Translations under genes and position numbers: made by a program | Shown: positions 11,851-25,980 of the stretch, piece after piece | Layout: each line of letters opens with the position of its first letter | Position numbering within the stretch: the first letter of the stretch is position 1 | Notes under the pieces: generated by a model | Databases searched by the model: none | What the model was told of the DNA's origin: nothing | The model's input: the letters and a program-made list of their open reading frames with translations, nothing else | DNA from: the human T2T-CHM13v2.0 reference genome, Homo sapiens | Direction: 5' to 3' (one strand) | Assembly: GCF_009914755.1 (NCBI RefSeq) | Contig: NC_060927.1 | DNA length: 64,000 nucleotides

Positions 11851-14800
11851 CACAATGCTTCTGCCTTAAACCACTGGGAGGGACTTGCTCTCCAGAAAGA
11901 GAGCATAATGGAGGCACCTCCACAGCTGGTCCAGAAGCCTTGGGTCTGGCTGGCTCCAAATTTCCCCAACTTGATTCATTCTAGGCCCCATCTCCAGTTT
12001 TGTGCCATGTCCCTATAAACTACTTAGTATTTTCCTTTAAATTGCCTCACTCCTTTACTTAAATGTATTTTGAAAAGAAAATTCACTTTTATTTATATTC
12101 ACATTTTAAATGTAAAATACTATCATTACTTGAAATAGAAAAGAATGCTCAAAATAATACCAGGAACACAAAACAATGACATCACATTCTTGCTCCAGAC
12201 TCTTGCTGTTTCACCCCAAGCTGATCCCTGAAAGAGGCCCAGACACCAGACTGGCACCAAACTGAGCCACTGTCCCATACAGAACCAGAAGAGCTGGAAA
12301 GACCTGGGATGTAATGACCTGACCTCTACACAGCACCCGAAGCATCTAGAAGCAGCACCATCATCACATGCTAGCCCCCCACCTAAAGTCAGGTGCACCC
12401 CTGGCTTCCGAGGCCCCCTGGCAGCTCCGGCATTCTAGGATTCCAGGATTCCCACATGCAGAGGCTGGGAACCTTGACAAAGCTGTGTCGGGGGTGGGAG
12501 CAGGAGTGACCTAGCACCTCCTGTGTGCTGACTTCCTTCCACATGCACCTATGGTGCTCCCAGGTGTGCGAGGCCTGGGGCAAGGCATGGGTGGGGAGCG
12601 GCTGGACCTTGCTGTGCTGAATCCTTGAAGTTGGGATCATTTTTTAATCCCATTAGTCCCCAGGGTCTGGCTCAGTGCTGGCTATACAGCAGGTGCTCAT
12701 GGAATGTAGAATGAATGACTCATAGGTGTGTGCATGAATGAGCTGGCTGGTGAGAGAAAAAGACAGACAGAATAACTCATCTGAAAACTACTCGAACCAT
12801 TCAAAAGGTGCTGCTCTCCAAGGCAACAGAGTCTTTGGCGGGAGGTGTGGGAAGCCTGTGGCCGAGACAGCATAGTGGCTGCACTAACACACAAGATGCT
12901 TTTCACAACTCATGACTGGGGAAAAGGGAAAAGGTTTTTAAAATTTTTTCATGGAAACTGGAAAATGAAGTTCATGTGCTCTATTTGCTCCTGTTCATGC
13001 ACAGGTGGAGGTGAGGGGTGGCCCCAGGCCCAGAGGTGTCTGTCGGGGAGACCCCTGACTGCCACCCTCAAGGGTGTGCACTGGGTCCTGCAGGCAATGG
13101 GGGAGCCATTGAACATTCTTGAGTGAGGGTGGCCTGAACAGATCCAGCTTCAGCATGACTTCTCTGGCAGCAGGTGTGCAATGGAAGGAACCTGGAGGAA
13201 GGAGGGCAGCCCCGGCCGCCACCTCTACCCCCAGAGGCTTCTACACGTCCTCAAACTCTCCCAAATCACCCATAATGCCTCCTTTTCCCTCACCTACTCA
13301 ATGCCACCCACCAAGTCAGCTGCACGTGCACCCAAAATGCTCTTGTCGCCACAGCCACCCTGGTCCAGGCCAGCAGCAGCTTTCCCCTGGGCCACCATGT
13401 CAGTCTCCCAGCGGATCTGGCAGCTGCCTCGGGCCCTTCTACAATTTGTGCCACAGCAGGAAAGGCCTTTAAAATAACGTCACACCATGTCACCCCCAAG
13501 CTCCTGCAAAAACCCTCCAAAAGCTCAGTCCATCCACCTCACCAGCAGGCCCTGGCTGAGCCATGCTTCCCCAGAGACAGGCTGCATGGTGCTCCTGACA
13601 CCTGCTCCCAAGTTCACTGGTAAGAGGAAGCCGAAGGTCAGCGGACTCCAGAACTGGCCCTTCACTGGCCGCGGCTGCCCACACTGTCCAGGTGCTGGAA
13701 ATCCCCTCCCTGGAGTTTCTCCTGGCAGTGTAACCACCCCACAGCCCCCCAGGGAGCTCCCCACATTGGAAAAATATTTCTGGGGCCCTGGTGGCCCCAA
13801 ATTGGGATGGCCACCATCAAGGATGTGCCCCCACCCCCGGCGGGAAGGCACATGAAGCAGACGCACCTCGCAGAGCGCTGCCTCATTAATACTCATCGCC
13901 ACTTCACCAACACCCACCCGGCGGTCTTCGGGGATCAGCGGAGGTGTGAAAGTGGATGCATTAGGATGTTAAATAGTTCAACAGCAAGCAGCTCCTGCCA
14001 AGTGCTTAGTGGCTTTCTGCTTGCTGGGGCAGTGGCGCCAGTGCTGGCCCAAGGCCCGGCCACCTCAGCAGGACAGCATGAGGACAGTCCGGGCCTGCCA
14101 CGTGGCCACCAGAGGTGGGGTGGTGCCTCTAACCAGCTGGGGGGTGGCACATCTTCATCCATGGACCATCACTTCCCAGCAAGGCCCTGAGAGGCTGGTG
14201 GCTTATTTCCTTAATGCCACTGCTGCCCACAATATCCAGAGAGTTTGACTTTGGGACTTGAATGCATTTATTTGTCTTCTCTCTCCCAGTCACTCCAGGC
14301 GTGGCAACTCCTCACCGGAAACCTGAAACGTGGCAAAAGTCACCTGCAGCCCCAGTCCTGGGAACCGGGGTCTGTGCAGCCACCTGTGCTCAGGCTGCCA
14401 CCACCCCCGTCACAGGCTCCTGCTGGGACACTATTTCTAAACCCCAGCTTTAGGCACTTCAGTGCTTTTGAAGATTTTAAATTGGCACGGGTTAGCATTG
14501 CAAACTCAACTGCCTCCTGGGGCCGGCAGTGGCCGGGCCAGGTGGGCCTGGAGCAAACTGGAGAGCCAGCCTGGCCCCTCCAAGGGGACTGCGCCACTCA
14601 GTTCCAGCCCCAGACCTTGATCGCCTCAAATTTCAAACTTGGAAATGGTCACATAGGGCCTGTGACCAACATTGCCAATTTGAGACTTGGGGCCCAGGAG
14701 AAGAATGGGGGCAAAGAAGGGGGGTCCTTGCCCCCTACTCCTTTTCCACCCCATTATCTGCCAGTTGCCCCTCACACCCCACTGGCCCCCACAAGGGGCT

Positions 14801-16359
14801 TCTCCCGCTCTGTGGCCATCATCTAGACTGAGACATGGGTCTAGACTGAGAGTCCCTCAAAGGCAAGGCTTCTGAGTCCCAGGGAAGAGGACTCCCTGCT
14901 AAATTTTCATTGAATTAAATGACTAATTAATGATCTAGCCTATTTCCTGGTCGGGACAAGGTCAGCCTCACGGCCATCGCTGACTTGCTCCTCTGGTTTA
15001 TGCATGGTCTCAGGAGTCAGTCCCTACAGAGCACGGCCTGAGACATTCCGAGGTGCACGTCGACCCTTGCAGAGGACAGCCAGCACCCCAAGTGTGAAGG
15101 GCGATGCCGCCTGGACACTCACGTCCCGGGATATTTGGCTAAACTGGCCTCATTAACAGGCCGGCCAAACACTCCTCACATATCCGCTGGCATCTAGATC
15201 TGCGTGGATGGGTTTTGCTGCCAAACTCCTGTTTCTATTGACAGCTACCAGCCACCGGGCCACTTCACAGGCATTAATGCCACTTATTTCTCAAACCGGC
15301 TTCAAGAGCTGCTGGCCTCATCCATGGTTGGGGAAACGACATAGGGGAACAACATTGTAGAGAAAGGCAGCGACTGAGGCTTAAGGAGGCAGGGAGGCCA
15401 GTGAGCAGGGGAGGCCAGGGCTCATAAGCAGGGCTGTCGCTGGAAGGACCCTATAGTGTGACACCATAGCAAGGCCTGGAGCCAGGAGGCCTTGGTGAGG
15501 GGAGGGAAGTGGTTTCTGCCCCTGAGGCCACTATTCCAGGCCCCGCCCTGGTCACGGTGGGGTGCCTGGGTGGTGCCCAGAGGGATTTTCCTGAGGGTGG
15601 ACACAGGCTTCAGCCCGCCTGCTCTGGGGGCAGCTGCCTGACCCACGCCCCTCTGCAGGCCCCTCTGTCTCAGCCAGAAGGGTGACACTGTTCCTCCAAC
15701 AGGACATGTCCCTGCGGTAGGAGCCAGGGAGAGGTGGAGTTAGGACAGAGCCTCTGTCACACAGAGGCCTCCTTCAACCTCAAGCATCCTCAGGGGGCAC
15801 AGGAAGGGCCTTCCAGGCAAGGCCAAGTAGAGGGCCCCCACCTGTGGACTCCCACCCCAACTGCCTGCGGCCAAGCCCCTGCCCGCCCACCCCAGGCCGC
15901 CTGGCCAAGGAGGCCCTCCCAAGGCAAACCCAGGGGCCTAACAAGCTCAGACACTGCAGGTCTCCCAGGGCCCCAGGAACAGACGCCTGGAGCCCACGGC
16001 GGCTCTCCGTCTCCTGCCCAAGTGGGGCTTCCATCCCTCCAATGGGGCAGCGTGTGGCTCCATGACTGTATCACAGAGGCCGGGCCTCCTCGGCAGGGAG
16101 CTGCCTCCGGCATTGGCATCTGCCACAAAACCGGGAACTCCCCTGCAGTCAGCGATCTGGAAAGCCAGCCTCCCAAACTAGATTCATAAAGGACTCCAGG
16201 GCCTGATCTGGAAATTTAGTGTGCTCCGAAAATGAGCCAGTTTCCTCAACCATGACCAGGCCCGCCTGGAGATGGTAGCCGCGGAGCAGAGGGGCAGGAG
16301 GGAGGAGAAACACCCCAGCCTACAGCCCTGCAACCCCCAGAGGAGTGTCCCCTTTCCTT

Positions 16360-16980
16360 TTCATTATGGTAAAGGATACATAACACACATTTACCACCTC
16401 ATCCATTTTAAGCGCACACTTCAGTGGCATTAAGACTTTCTCATCTTCCCCAACTGAAACTCTGCCCCATGAAACACGAACCCCCAGCCCCCCTCCCCCA
16501 GCCCCTGGCACCTCCATTCCACTTTCTGTCTCCGTGAATGTGACTACTCCAGGGACCTCACAGAAGTGGAATCATGCAGTATTTGTCCTTTTGTGGCCGG
16601 CTCATTCACTAGCATCCTGTCGTCCAGGTTCATCCCTGTTGCAGCGCAGCACAGAACGCCCTTCCTTTTTAGGGTGAATCATATTCCATTGTAGGGACAG
16701 ACCACGTTCATCTGTCACGGACACTTTCTTTGCTTCCACCTTTGGCTATTGTGAGTAATGCTGTTGTGAACATGGGTGTGCACACATCTGTTTGAGGCCT
16801 TGCTTTCAATTCTTTTGGGTCTACACTGAGAAGTGGGATTGCCGGATCATATGGGAATTGTATTGTATGTTTAACTCCTTCGGGAACCACCACACCGTTT
16901 CCCACGGCGGCTGCACCACGTTACCTCCCCCCAGCAATGGAGCCACAGAGGTTCTTATTTCTCCACATCCTCACCAACCA
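16360..16980 (-). mobile_element. L1MB-type 3' end
   Basis: ccccagcccctggcacctccattccactttctgtctccgtgaatgtgactactcc...gtggaatcatgcagtatttgtcc. Confidence 0.92.
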
Positions 16981-17470
16981 GAGAATGGCCTCTCGCAGCA
17001 GACGCTGGGGGCCAAGCTCGGTGGTAGAGGCCATTGAAAGCACTCCCAGGTCAAACAGGCTTGGGAAACTGATCACGTTTCTTCCCCACCGGACTCCTCA
17101 GAGTGCTCGATGTGCCAATGAGCTCAGGACCCACAAAGGGCGACGTGTGTGGGGCCCCAGACCCTCTGCTTCCTTTAGGGCTGCTGAGGAACTGCTCTCT
17201 GAGGGGCAGCCTGGGGACTGGCTGGTCCCCCATGGCACAGGCCCACAGCAGGGTAAACTCAGAAAGCAAGAGGCAGTGCCCAGACTCAGCTCCAGCCCCT
17301 CAGCACCCTGGCATCCACTTACCAAGGTGTCGATCGTGATGGATGGGAAATAACAAAAAGGGGTCTTTTGTCAGACAGGTTGAGAACTGTGGTTCTAGAA
17401 GGCTCTGCCATCGAGGTTTGGGCAGGGTTGGGGGAGGTGTGACCCATCCAGACCCCCGGCTTGCCCGGCC

Positions 17471-17844
17471 AGTGGGCACATGGCAGCTGCTGTGCCTGAC
17501 TCTCCACACTCCCTCAGTAATACCCCAGAATGTCAGGTCTTCATGGAAAAGTCAACGCTTCCTGCATAATTGGCTTCTTCCCAGTTAGAGGCATGAGCTC
17601 TGGGAGGAAATAATGGAAACATACAAACTCAGGTTTAGACTGGATCCAAAAGGCCCAAACCCTCCCACAAGGATGGAGATCTTCCAGATTGCAGGGAGGT
17701 CCCCGGGTCTCTGCTTCCCCACCTCCAGAGATAGGAGCGCGCCACCTCCTGGCACAGCCTCCACCCCTGGGGAGTGGAAAAGCTTCTCCGCCCACCCAGC
17801 AGAGTCCTCCCTGCTGCAGAGGGAGTCCTTGAGGCAGAACTCCT
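17471..17844 (+). repeat. Source copy of a local ~370-bp duplication (partner at 20981-21331)
   Basis: Manual alignment at offset 3510: ~28 mismatches in ~351 aligned nt (~92%) plus a 23-bp indel. Confidence 0.97.
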
Positions 17845-18299
17845 TGGGGATGGCAGCCCTTCTCATCAGAGGGAAGCTGGGAATGGGGGACAGGTGGGTA
17901 GGTCCCACCCTCCCAGCAGAAGGGCAGGAAAAACTGGCCTCCCAGGTCCTCGCGCGCCCACCTTCCCCATGCACCCATCAGCCAGATCTGAGAACGCAAG
18001 TTCCTGCCCACAAGAGACACACTGGGGACATGCAGGGACCGCGGCGTCTGCAGAGGAAGTCAAAGCAAAGGCATTAGCAGGAAGAGGAAAAGCTGATTCA
18101 TTTTTGAGCTGCATTCCAGACTTTACACCTGGCCCATCTCAGCATTTTCTAAATGGACAGACTCAGAGAGAGGAGGGAAGAAAGGGGACATCTTGTGCCC
18201 TAGAAATTCACTGCCCAGAGCTCCCTCCTAAGGCGCTGTTGGTTTGGAGTCACCGGACATTAATGAGCTTTGGAAGGGAATGTTGGTCAGCACAAAGCA

Positions 18300-18500
18300 G
18301 TGCCTCGGAGCCAGGCTCTGAGCCAGGGGGTTGGGGCCGAGTCCTCCCTCAGCCCCAGAGCTGCTGGGTGACCTTGAGCAAGTTGCTCAATCTCCAGTTC
18401 CTTATCTGAGAAATGGAAGCAATGAGGAGGCCAACCTCGGGAGGCTGCTGGGAGGCTTCAGTGGCAAAGGCAGGAAGACTACACAATCCAGGGCCGGTGC
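18300..18500 (+). mobile_element. MIR
   Basis: gctgggtgaccttgagcaagttgctcaatctccagttccttatctgagaaatgg. Confidence 0.7.
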
Positions 18501-19002
18501 AGAGCGAGAGCCTACCACAGGGGCCGTTAGAGCCGACATCGACCTCACTACCAGGAATGAGTCCCCTCTGTGGTCCAGACCAATCAGAAGGAGGGAGAAG
18601 ACAGAGGTCCTGCCCGAACCCAGGAGGTCAGCAGGAAGAAAGAAGCCCCCACACCCAATTATCAGGCCCCGAGAGGAAGGGTGGAAGGGCCTGGGAGGAG
18701 AATGACTTCTGCCTTGGGGATCAATGTGGGCATCACTGGTCTCCTAGTTCTGGGCCCTGGGCCCAGCCCAGGCAGGGACCGCCTGCTGTCCAGGGTGCAA
18801 TGGGAGAAGGGGCGCTGGGCAGACTGTTGAGGGGCTTCAGCCTTGTGACATCCTCTCAGCCAATCCACTTTTCCTTTAGCTTTCTGAGTGCTGAAGCAGC
18901 CCCCTGAGAGCATCTGATCTCCGCAGTGCTCACCAGGGCATGTCTTGGGGTTCGACTTGACGTTCAGTGCCACAGGCCTGACCTAGGCCACCGCCCACCA
19001 AG

Positions 19003-19728
19003 ATGGACCCAGGACGGGAGCATAGCCTGCCAGGAGGGTAGCTTCGACTGTTCCTCTTCTGTAGTTGCCCACATGGCCACATGGGAGCCATCTCCATTGT
19101 CAATCCCCCCGCCAACTCCCGTGACCACACAGGTGCAAGGAGACCAGAGGCACATCAGGCAGGTATGGGAGCTGCCCTGGCTTAAAAGCCTCATGCCCCC
19201 CAGAAGCCAGCACCTCTACTAACAATTCCATCAGCAAAGCATACCGGACGCCCCACGGGGACGTGTCCAGCACAGAGTCACTATGCTCTGTGAAGCCCAA
19301 GCCTGGTGGCCCAGCAGGTACTCATAGCTCCCCTGCCCAGATACCATTGTGCCATTAGCAATACTGCCCAGCAGTAGTGAGACATTCTGCCTTTACCTGG
19401 TTCCCAGGGAAACAGAGCTAGAAAGTTAACCCGAGATCAAATTCTCATGCAGGGCAAGGGTTTTGCTACCATAGTCCGCCCCATGACCTTTGGTCAACAC
19501 CTTCACATGGACACCAATGCATTTTACAACCACCAGGAGTTGTATAACCCAATGGGGCATGAACGTCCCTTTTGTCCCCTAACCAAGTGGACTTCCCCTG
19601 TGGTCAGTTAGTTTTATAGCCCCATGGTGCCTTTTGATCCTGGGATGAAAGGCAATGGTACTTCGGATAACACTAAATGTGTGTTTAATGCACCAAAGAT
19701 GGAACAGTGTTTTACCAGAAGCCACTGA
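19003..19728 (+). pseudogene. Candidate decayed single-exon gene of unknown family
   Basis: Strong Kozak ccaagATGG; one frame of 242 codons with 6 internal stops; 76-codon open, protein-like segment 19381-19608; no repeat recognised; homolog not identified. Confidence 0.3.
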
Positions 19729-19899
19729 ATGCATGACATGAAGTCACCTCAAGATGTGATTGTATGCGATTCTGTTATGATTTGGGCCTGTTTTTCTCTC
19801 TCTGGAACATATGGGCTGTGTTAAAATGAAAGTTCATCATAAATAGGACTCAACAAGCATACATTCACTTGGCAGGTGGTAAGTACCAGAAAGCCTTCT

Positions 19900-20220
19900 A
19901 GTCACCCATTCAACAAATATGTATCAGGCCCCTAACATGTGCTAGACACAGGCTGGGAGAGATGAAGAAAATAAAGAATAGATCCCTGCCATGAAGAAAC
20001 TCAAGGATAAGTGAAGATTCAGAAACACACATAAATAGATCACTTCTAAGGACTCTGAGAAAGGTATATCCACAGGACAATGGAAGCAAGGAAGGAGATA
20101 AGTTAACCCTACCTGGTAGAGGGGCAATTTAGGTTGGGTAAGGAAGAAAAGGTTTGATGATCTTGCACCTTGCATAGGGTGCAAGAAGCAGCTAGAAAGG
20201 CTATTTGATTTGTTAATTCA
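19900..20220 (-). mobile_element. L2 fragment
   Basis: cattcaacaaatatgtatcagg...tgtgctagacacaggctggga...atccctgccatgaagaaactc. Confidence 0.7.
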
Positions 20221-20224
20221 TCAA

Positions 20225-20524
20225 TTTTTTTTTTTCTTTTTTTGAGAAGGAGTCCCACTCTGTCTCCCAGGCTGGAGTGCAATTGTGCCATCTCTGCTCA
20301 CTGCAACCTCCGCCTCCTGGGTTCAAGTCAATTCTCCTGCCTTAGCCTCCCGAGTAGCTCGGATTACAGGCACCCACCACCACGCCTGGCTAATTTTTGT
20401 TTTTAGTAGAGACAGGGTTTCACCATGTTGGCCAAGCTGGTCTCGAACTCCCGACCTCAGGTGATCCACCCGCCTCGGCCTCCCAAAGTGCTGGGATTAC
20501 AGGCGTGAGCAACCGCGCCCAGCC
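20225..20524 (-). mobile_element. AluS, full length
   Basis: Antisense dimeric Alu with poly-T; TSD aattcatcaa on both sides. Confidence 0.97.
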
Positions 20525-20549
20525 AATTCATCAAATTTTAATTAAAGTG

Positions 20550-20720
20550 ACAATATAGCTTAGGGACTAAGAACACAGATTCTGAAACCAGTGTCTGCCT
20601 GGATTTGAATCCCAAGTTTGCCATTTAGTACTTGCCTGGCCCTGTGTTAGTTACCTAATCTCTCTGTACCTCAGTTTACTCATTTTTAAATGATAATAAT
20701 AATATCCACCTCAGATCATT
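20550..20720 (+). mobile_element. MIR
   Basis: ctgcctggatttgaatccc...ctctctgtacctcagtttactcatttttaaatgataataat. Confidence 0.8.
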
Positions 20721-20825
20721 GTTCATTCACTCAACAAATAATTACTGAGCACATACTGTATGCCAGGAATTGTTCTAAGCACTGAGGACACATCCGGGAA
20801 CAAAATAAAAATTCTTGACCCCCCA

Positions 20826-21993
<1,168 letters not shown>

Positions 21994-22129
21994 TTAAGGC
22001 TACAACCAGGAGAGAGCTGGCAGTGCCGGGGCCAGGTGGGGCGATAGAGGGCTGGAGGGGCAGATTCCGAAGGGGTCCACCGTCATTCACTAGTGGCTGA
22101 CAGGGGGTTGTGGAGACAGGCAGCAAAGT

Positions 22130-22140
22130 GGGGACTTTCC
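22130..22140 (+). promoter_or_regulatory. Canonical NF-kB site
   Basis: GGGGACTTTCC exact (Ig-kappa type); motif only. Confidence 0.4.
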
Positions 22141-22959
22141 GGGAGGCATCTCACAGGAAGACGTCCACACGTGAGGAACAGAGACCACTGCCTTGGCTTG
22201 GAGCTGCAGGAGGCAGGCTAAGCCCACACGGATGCCGAGGCCTGAGGCTGGATCCTCAGCCTGGATGCTGCCTCCACCCCAGCTTGCCGAGGACCCCCCA
22301 CCATCCCCAGCAGCCTGGCCTCAGTTTCTAAACAGGGTGAAGGGCCAGCGATGGTTCCTCTGAGGCCCTCGGCTGTCCCTGCTGTCTATGCGCCTCCTGC
22401 TCTCAGGCCTGGGAGGTGTGATTTACTCTCCTGACCTCCAGGCAGCCCGGCTCCTGCTGGTAAATGCACTGAAAAGTCCATCTTTTCCACCTCCAGCCCT
22501 GCTGGGAGTGCCCAGGTGCCATCACCTGGGAACAGCTGATGACGCGAGCTAAGAAGTTCAGAGTTGCTTTTGCTTTACAAGGCGCATAGGAACACACTGT
22601 ACTAAGAACGTGCCAGAAGCCTCAAGATCACTAAAGATCCCCATTTACCAGACCGGAAACAAAGGAGCAGGGGAAGGAAGCGCACACGTGGGGCTTCGTG
22701 GGCTGGAACTGCATGACCTCGGCAAGTCACTTCCCTCCCAGAGCCACTCTTTCCCAGGTTAGCTGGAGACAGCCACAACCTACAGGCAGGCGTGGTCGGA
22801 ATTAAAGACAGCAGGCACCAAATGCGTGGTGAATGGGAGACATTATAGTAACTGTTTTATTAATCTTAGATTAAACTATTTCTTGCAACTTTGAAAAGAA
22901 ACCAAAATCTTATTTTAGCTTGCAAAGGTCCTAATACCTTAAAATTTTTTGAAATCTTT

Positions 22960-23400
22960 AAAGCCTTACCAAAACCTTTGCAGGGCCTGCAAGGAGTGGC
23001 AGGATCTGGCCCTGCTCACTTCCCCCATCTCAGCTCCTTCCTCTCACCCTTGCCCTCTGTGCTCCAACCTTGCTGACCTCTTAGCTCTCTAAACAAGAAA
23101 ACTTGTGCTGACCTCAGGGCCTTTGCACATGCTGTTCCTGCTGCTGGAAACACTGTTCCCAGGCTCTCGGTACCGACAGGATCCCTTCAGGACTTGGTGT
23201 AAATGCTACTTCCTCAGCAAGGCCTTCCACACTGCTTCACCTCAGTTTAGTCTGTCTCCTCTCTTTTCTCCTCCTGGCACCTAGGACAATCTCTCATTGG
23301 TCTGAGAACTCCACAACTCCATCTGTCCGTCTCTCTTTTCACCACTAGAGCCTGGCCTGGTGCCTGGCACACAGTATAGATTATGGAATAAACAAATAAG
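22960..23400 (+). mobile_element. L2 fragment
   Basis: ctcagggcctttgcacatgctgttcctgctgctggaa...gtgcctggcacacagta. Confidence 0.8.
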
Positions 23401-24159
23401 CCTGTGACATGGGCTGGCACCACTGGCATACACACACACACTCTCATATACACCCTCACACAGTTGGCACAGCACAGAACAGAGTAACATCAAATCCTGA
23501 CTGCCTGGGTTCAAATCTCACCTTTCCCCTAAACAGCATTTGGTAAGTTACCTGCAAATTTTAAAGCTGTGATATTGTTTGGTTTGTCAAGTTCTTAGTA
23601 TGGTGAGGTTCTCTCACAACCATGTGCTGTTTTGATGTACACATACTATGATGACAGGGCCTGGCCTATAACAGCTACTGCATAAATGTACTCAGCCTTC
23701 AAATGCTTGCTGAGTGTACAGGGGTCCAGGCACTGCCATCACAGGGGAAGCCCTCATCTTAGCTGTCGAAGTGTTTATGGCCTTCTGTGTGACAATTTAA
23801 ACAGCTGTGCAAGAGATGAATGCCCAATCGAGGCAGTAATGGCTGAGCTGTCACAGGCTGCCCGGGACTGACTGTCACACGAGTGCATTACAGACAAATG
23901 CAGGGGAAATGTGGTGGGAGGAGGGGGGACCTTGAGGGGTCAGCAGGGACTTCGTCAGGGAAAAGAGATCTGAGCTGGCAGGTGGACTCACACCCATCTA
24001 TTCATTCTTCGTTCTTCCCCCTAAACTCGCCAAACTTGTTCCTACACTGGAGCCTCTGCACACACTGTTCCCCCTGCTGGGATGCTTATCCCCAGGTCCA
24101 TTCAGGAGCTAAGCTCCTCTTCTGCACAGCTCAGCCAGCACCTCTAGAGGGCTCTGCCT

Positions 24160-24341
24160 AGACACACCACTTCCTAGCTGTGTGAACTTGGGCAAGTGAC
24201 CCAACCTGTCTGTGCTTGCTTCGGTTTCTTCATATGTCAAGTAAGAATAAAAATAGCACTTATTTCATGGGGCTGCTTTGAAGTTTGAGTTAATATGCAT
24301 AAAATATACAGAAGAGTGCCTGGCATATGGTATACAGGAAA
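24160..24341 (+). mobile_element. MIR
   Basis: ccacttcctagctgtgtgaacttgggcaagtgac...agtgcctggcatatggta. Confidence 0.8.
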
Positions 24342-25613
24342 TATGAGGGGACTTCAAGATGTTCATGGAAAAATGGAATTAAAAGATAAAAATAGAAAGT
24401 ATAAACTTTATTTCTCAACATGAGCTCTATCAAGGTCAAAACACTTTTGTAAGTGATGATTCCAGCCATTTAGTCCATCTTTAAAGAATAAAGAACAGAG
24501 GGTCCCAGGAATTCAACTATATCCATGCAGTCTTGTTTACATTATTACCCGAAGAAAGATGGGTGCCCTTTAGAGTTGTTTTTAAGATTAAGAAACATAA
24601 ATAAGTCAGAAGGAGCCAAATCAGGACTGTAAGGTGGATGCCTATGATTTCCCCTCAAACGCTCACAAAATTGACCTTGTTCGATGACAGGAATGAGCAG
24701 TGGCATTGTCGTGGTGGACTCTGGTGAAGCTTCCCCAGGTGTTTTTCTGCTAAAGCTTTGGCTAACTTTCTCAAAACACTCATCATAAGCAGATGTGATT
24801 GTTTTTTGGCCCTCTAGAAAGTCAACAAACAAAATGCTTTGAGCATCCCCAAAACTGTTGCCATGAGCTTTGCTCTTGACTGGTCAGTTTTTGCTTTAAC
24901 TGGACCCCTTCTACCTCTTGGTAGCCATTGCTTTGATTGTGTTTTGTCTTCAGGGTTGTACTGAAGCTGTGTTTCATCACCTGTTATAGTTCTTCAAAGT
25001 CATGCTCAGGATCTTGATCCCACTTGCTAAAAATTTCCATGGAAAGCTCTGCCCTTGTCTGCAGTTGATCTGGAAGCAACAGTTTTGGCACCCTTAACTA
25101 TAAGAAAGATTTCCTTAACTATAATTTTTCATTCAGAATAGAATAAGCTGAACTAAGAAAGAAGACCATGGTGTTGGCTATTGTTCTGCTGTTACCCATT
25201 GGTCCTCTTCAACTGGGGCATGGACAAAATGAATATTTTCCTTGCAGACTGATGTGGATTGTGTGCCACAGAGGGCTTCATCCTCAACATCATCTTGTTC
25301 CTTCTTAAAAGGAGGTATCCATTTGTAAACTGCTGATTTCTTTGGGGCACTGTCCCCTTAAACTTTTCATAAAGTATTGATGATTTTACCATAAATTTGA
25401 TGTTTGCTTTTGTTTCAATTTTAGCAGAATTATTATTACTCTGATAGGAGCTCTTTTCAAACTGATGTCTTATTCTTCTTAGGACCTCAAAGTAGATCCT
25501 GTTTGGACATGTTACAAGTTAGTACAAGTTTATTTTGATGCAAAAAATTTGGAAATCCATGCAGAGTTTTTAAAAATAATACTCATTTTCCATGAACTTT
25601 TTGAAGTCCCGTG
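24342..25613 (-). mobile_element. Hsmar2 mariner DNA transposon, near full length, decayed transposase
   Basis: TIRs ta-tgaggggacttcaagatgttcatggaaaaatg / cattttccatgaactttttgaagtccc; minus-strand HPPYSPDLAPSD mariner motif in ORF 24545-24832; frames broken. Confidence 0.93.
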
Positions 25614-25660
25614 CGTGTGTGTGTCTGTGTGTGTGCCCACGTGTGCACACATGTGTGCAT
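25611..25660. repeat. (TG)n-rich microsatellite
   Basis: gtgcgtgtgtgtgtctgtgtgtgtg...tgcacacatgtgtgca. Confidence 0.85.
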
Positions 25661-25661
25661 C

Positions 25662-25980
25662 TGTCTCTCTTAGTTTGAGCTACTATAACAAGATGCTATA
25701 GACTAGGTGGCTTAAAAACTGAAATTTATTTCTCACAGGTTGGGAAGTCCAGATCAGGGTGCCACATAGCGGGGATCTGGTCTTCTTGCTGCAGCCTCAC
25801 ATGGTGGGGAGAGAGAGAGGAAGCTAGCTTTCTCATCTCTTTTTATAAGGACACAAATTCCATCATGAGGGCTCCACCTGCATGACCTCACCACCTCCCA
25901 ACGGCCCCACCTTCAAATATCAACATGATGGGGATTAGGGTTTTAACATGTGAACCTGGGGGACACAAACAATAGACACT
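25662..25980 (-). mobile_element. MLT1A/MST-type MaLR solo LTR
   Basis: tagactaggtggcttaaaaactgaaatttatttctcacagg...gggattagggttttaacatgtgaacctgggggacacaaac. Confidence 0.88.

Noticed and set aside
8806-15712. p53 sites GGACATGTCC at ~8807 and ~15702
   Set aside because: Single half-sites only, with no adjacent second decamer.
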